DNA of 64,000 nt from Paraphysomonas bandaiensis (Eukaryota; Protista; Chrysophyceae): assembly GCA_965644295.1 (NCBI GenBank), contig CBFFRP010000077.1:1-64000 (forward strand), given 5' to 3'. Position 1 is the stretch's first letter. Each line of letters starts with the position of its first letter. Shown here piece by piece: positions 61,151 to 64,000 of this stretch. A model generated the notes under the pieces. That model saw only the letters and a list, made by a program, of their open reading frames with translations, made no database searches and was not told the DNA's origin. A program made the translations under genes and the position numbers.

Positions 61151-62844
61151 CGCTGTAACGCTGCGGCGATAAACTATTACTCTTGTGATTGAGATCTGGC
61201 TGTCTACTTTTCTATCTATCTAGCTGCGGTTCGGAACGAGTTGTGCTTATGTGGGCTACGCTAGGACGAGTGAATCCCCTTCTTACTAGTGATAATATGC
61301 TATGTGTACGTATCATCATTACTTACATGCTTGTACATCATGTATGTATTTTACACAACATCATCACTAAGACTTTGTATTCATTATATCACACTATTAT
61401 CATGCTATGGCATATGTAAACATTGCGAATTTTAACAACTCGCAGTTGCCATTCCCTCAGTATCCTTCTGTGGTAGGAGTACATTTAAATTTGTTGTAGC
61501 GGTTATATAGAAACTTGGAGGTTTATTGTTTTAAGTTGATATAGTACAATTGCTATTCCCTAAGCATACAGACAGTATACATAATATCACTGATTTGAAT
61601 ATATGAGTTCTCATTGTTTTCTTAATTTTTTTCACGGAACACCTATTTCTTAATACAGCAGCATGCTACAAATATTTAATAGCTATATAATCTAATATTA
61701 AGTTTTCAACATCATGAGGATAAGCTACAATTTAACCTAGGGATAAGGAGTATCGTCCCTTGTCTAGATTTTAAAACTCGGGCTTTTCGCCCTCGTTTCA
61801 AAATTTTGAGCGCGGGACGGTATATATATAACTATCTATATGAGTGATATATATCTTGTTCTTGAAAATGTAATGCGTTAATGATAATATTTACGTATTT
61901 ACTTCAATTAGGTTGTATAGATGTAGAGGTACAACAAAAGAGTAATACAAATAGAACATATATTATATCGTACTTGATTGAATATACCGAGTAATTGCAG
62001 AATTTTAATTAAAGCAATGCTTACTTATATAGTACACCTACTGTCTCTTACTCTCTCGTAGAACCACACATGTAACATGCTAGCTTCAAATATATAGATT
62101 GCAGGTAGAGATTCTGGGTGACGTATCTTGAGTAGCCTGATGTTAATAACTGCCTATAGGGTAGCTGCATGTATGCAATTCAGTGTGTTGTATTTCTGTG
62201 ACTCTAGCGAGATCATTGTCCGTCCCACTTAACTAATCATCATGTGCTGTTTGCTGCACTTCTTCTGTTGTTGCTTCTCGTACTGTTGTTTCTCTCACCT
62301 TGATAATACTACTAACCGCTACTGTGTAAACCATCAGAGTTACACTACCTTTCCCCCCTCTTTTAATCAAAATAACATAGATGAACTCAAAATGAATGTT
62401 GATTGACCTCTGGGGAAAGCGTAGCGCAAACTCGGAGTCTTCCAGTACCATCGTCGTCGGATAAGTTCGGATATTCTTCAGTTGAGTTCTTCCGATATCT
62501 TGTAAACTGTTTTTAAAAAGTTGCTAGGTATCTAGGTATATGCCATGACTACTGGAGTGGTACGACGGATCTACACAAAGGATTTTGTTTCTATGCGGTA
62601 ATTCTTCATCTGACCTTGAAACACTTTCCCTATTTTATTAAAAGTGTAACTGATATGACTGCTGCTATCAATGGATATAGGTTTAGCTACGTAAGTTTTA
62701 TCATGGGTATCTGTTAATGTGCTGGAGTTCTATAGTTATGGATTACATTTCAATGGCTATACAAGTGAAGTCTTAGAGCTTCATCCGCATTATTCACTAT
62801 TTACATCATTCTAATCGGAAGCCTTAAAATTCACGACGTACATT

Positions 62845-64000
62845 CTACTTTATATTATTTCTTTTTCCAAAAGGGTTTTTCAACATTTTTTCCTTAGCAC
62901 TTTCTCGTACCACAGGCTTTGCAGATGTTAAGGGTACTGAGGATGGTGACGGAGTAGAACGCTTTTTCGTGGTTGTATTTGACGATATTTGCTTGGAGTT
63001 GTCACTGGTTTCCTCCGTTTTCAATGGACTATCCTTGGAAGCATTGCTGTGAGAAAGTTCAGAATAAGATGGCGGAAGTATGTCGCCGCCAGACACTTCT
63101 GAATCTATAAGAACAGGTTTAGGCGGGTCAACGGTGCTGTCAAATTGGCGAGACTGTAAAGAAATATTCCGCTCGCTTTGGGAGACTGTACTATCACGTA
63201 GGGAGGGATGATTTAAATGTAGTTCGGTCTCGTTCACACTGTGAGTACATTTTAACGAAGGCACCGGAAACGTGGTAGATAATTGGGCAGTAGAATTCTC
63301 TGATGACTCCATCGGCATTACACAGTTACTACTCCAAGAGATGCCCAGCGGAACCATTCCACTGTATGCAGCTTTCTTAAACTCATAAAAGTCGAGAACC
63401 CCATCTCCATTCATGTCCACTTTACTTCCAACTTTAATAGCATAAGCACGTGCTTCATCCCAACTTATTCCAGCAGATACCATGACCAAATTTGTCAGTT
63501 CATTCACATCAAGTGCGTTGCTTCGATCCCTATCGTAGGCCTGAAACATGAGCTCTAATTTCTCATCATTACTTCCATTCGTTAGTTTCGCAAAACCAAT
63601 AGCGATTTCGGTTAAGGAGAGGGCCCCATTTCCATCTAGATCAAAAGCATGAAAAATATCGTAAGCAAACTTTTCCTCGAAATTCAACTGTGGGCTAGTA
63701 AGAGCCTGAATGAACAGCTGGCGATCAATTTCAGAAACATTTTTGTGCTTGAAGTAGTCGTAAAAGTCGCTGATTAAATTGACATCAATATCCTTATTAT
63801 AACGTGCACACTGCTTCTTTATATCCCGTATTGCAACCTCTTTAGATCCCATGTGCAAACCATTTGCGAGGGGCTTCTCACAAGCATTCATTTGAACAGG
63901 GCTGAAGCTTGATGTCGTGTTTGCAGTCAGGTAGATGGTTATACAGGGAATAGTTTCAGTGCGATATAATTCTGCAAAACGAATCATTTCACTGAAGTCA
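62845..64000 (-). CDS. EF-hand calcium-binding protein (NCS/calcineurin-B-like) with a low-complexity tail; 5' end probably beyond the window or spliced
   Basis: EF loops DLDGNGALSLTE, DRDRSNALDVNE, DMNGDGVLDFYE; EKLELMFQAYD. Confidence 0.85.
   Translation of the reverse strand, partial: DFSEMIRFAELYRTETIPCITIYLTANTTSSFSPVQMNACEKPLANGLHMGSKEVAIRDIKKQCARYNKDIDVNLISDFYDYFKHKNVSEIDRQLFIQALTSPQLNFEEKFAYDIFHAFDLDGNGALSLTEIAIGFAKLTNGSNDEKLELMFQAYDRDRSNALDVNELTNLVMVSAGISWDEARAYAIKVGSKVDMNGDGVLDFYEFKKAAYSGMVPLGISWSSNCVMPMESSENSTAQLSTTFPVPSLKCTHSVNETELHLNHPSLRDSTVSQSERNISLQSRQFDSTVDPPKPVLIDSEVSGGDILPPSYSELSHSNASKDSPLKTEETSDNSKQISSNTTTKKRSTPSPSSVPLTSAKPVVRESAKEKMLKNPFGKRNNIK

Overview
Eukaryotic (protist-like) genomic DNA with short GT-AG introns, mostly about 45-55 nt. 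A stramenopile-type host is an inference. A few host genes sit among dense, nested transposable elements. Host genes: a GNW-motif, probably ciliary protein (5044-5736, -); twinfilin (6282-7543); a coiled-coil protein (32143-34194); a selenocysteine GPx1-type glutathione peroxidase with a 3'UTR SECIS (45744-46406, -); DDX41 (49204-51033); tRNA-Ala(CGC); BUD32/TP53RK; and an EF-hand protein. The most notable object is an apparently intact, very young Gypsy LTR retrotransposon (19234-27127, 1192-bp LTRs, GACC TSD). It has several atypical traits: the RT catalytic motif reads IFDN instead of YxDD, gag and pol are in frame across a single UGA-CAA, Gag has a CCCH-like finger, the LTR ends are TG...TA, a palindrome replaces the tRNA PBS, and an unknown conserved domain follows the chromodomain. 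Other elements: a decayed AT-rich SF3/D5-like helicase of probable Polinton-like-virus origin, several Copia remnants, a PIF/Harbinger with nested MITEs, hAT, CMC/Chapaev-like, Tc1-like, Crypton-like and DIRS-like remnants, two long inverted repeats, and many copies of an RNase H-bearing LINE family whose 3' ends share a covarying RNA structure. Coordinates were read by eye and may be off by a few bases.
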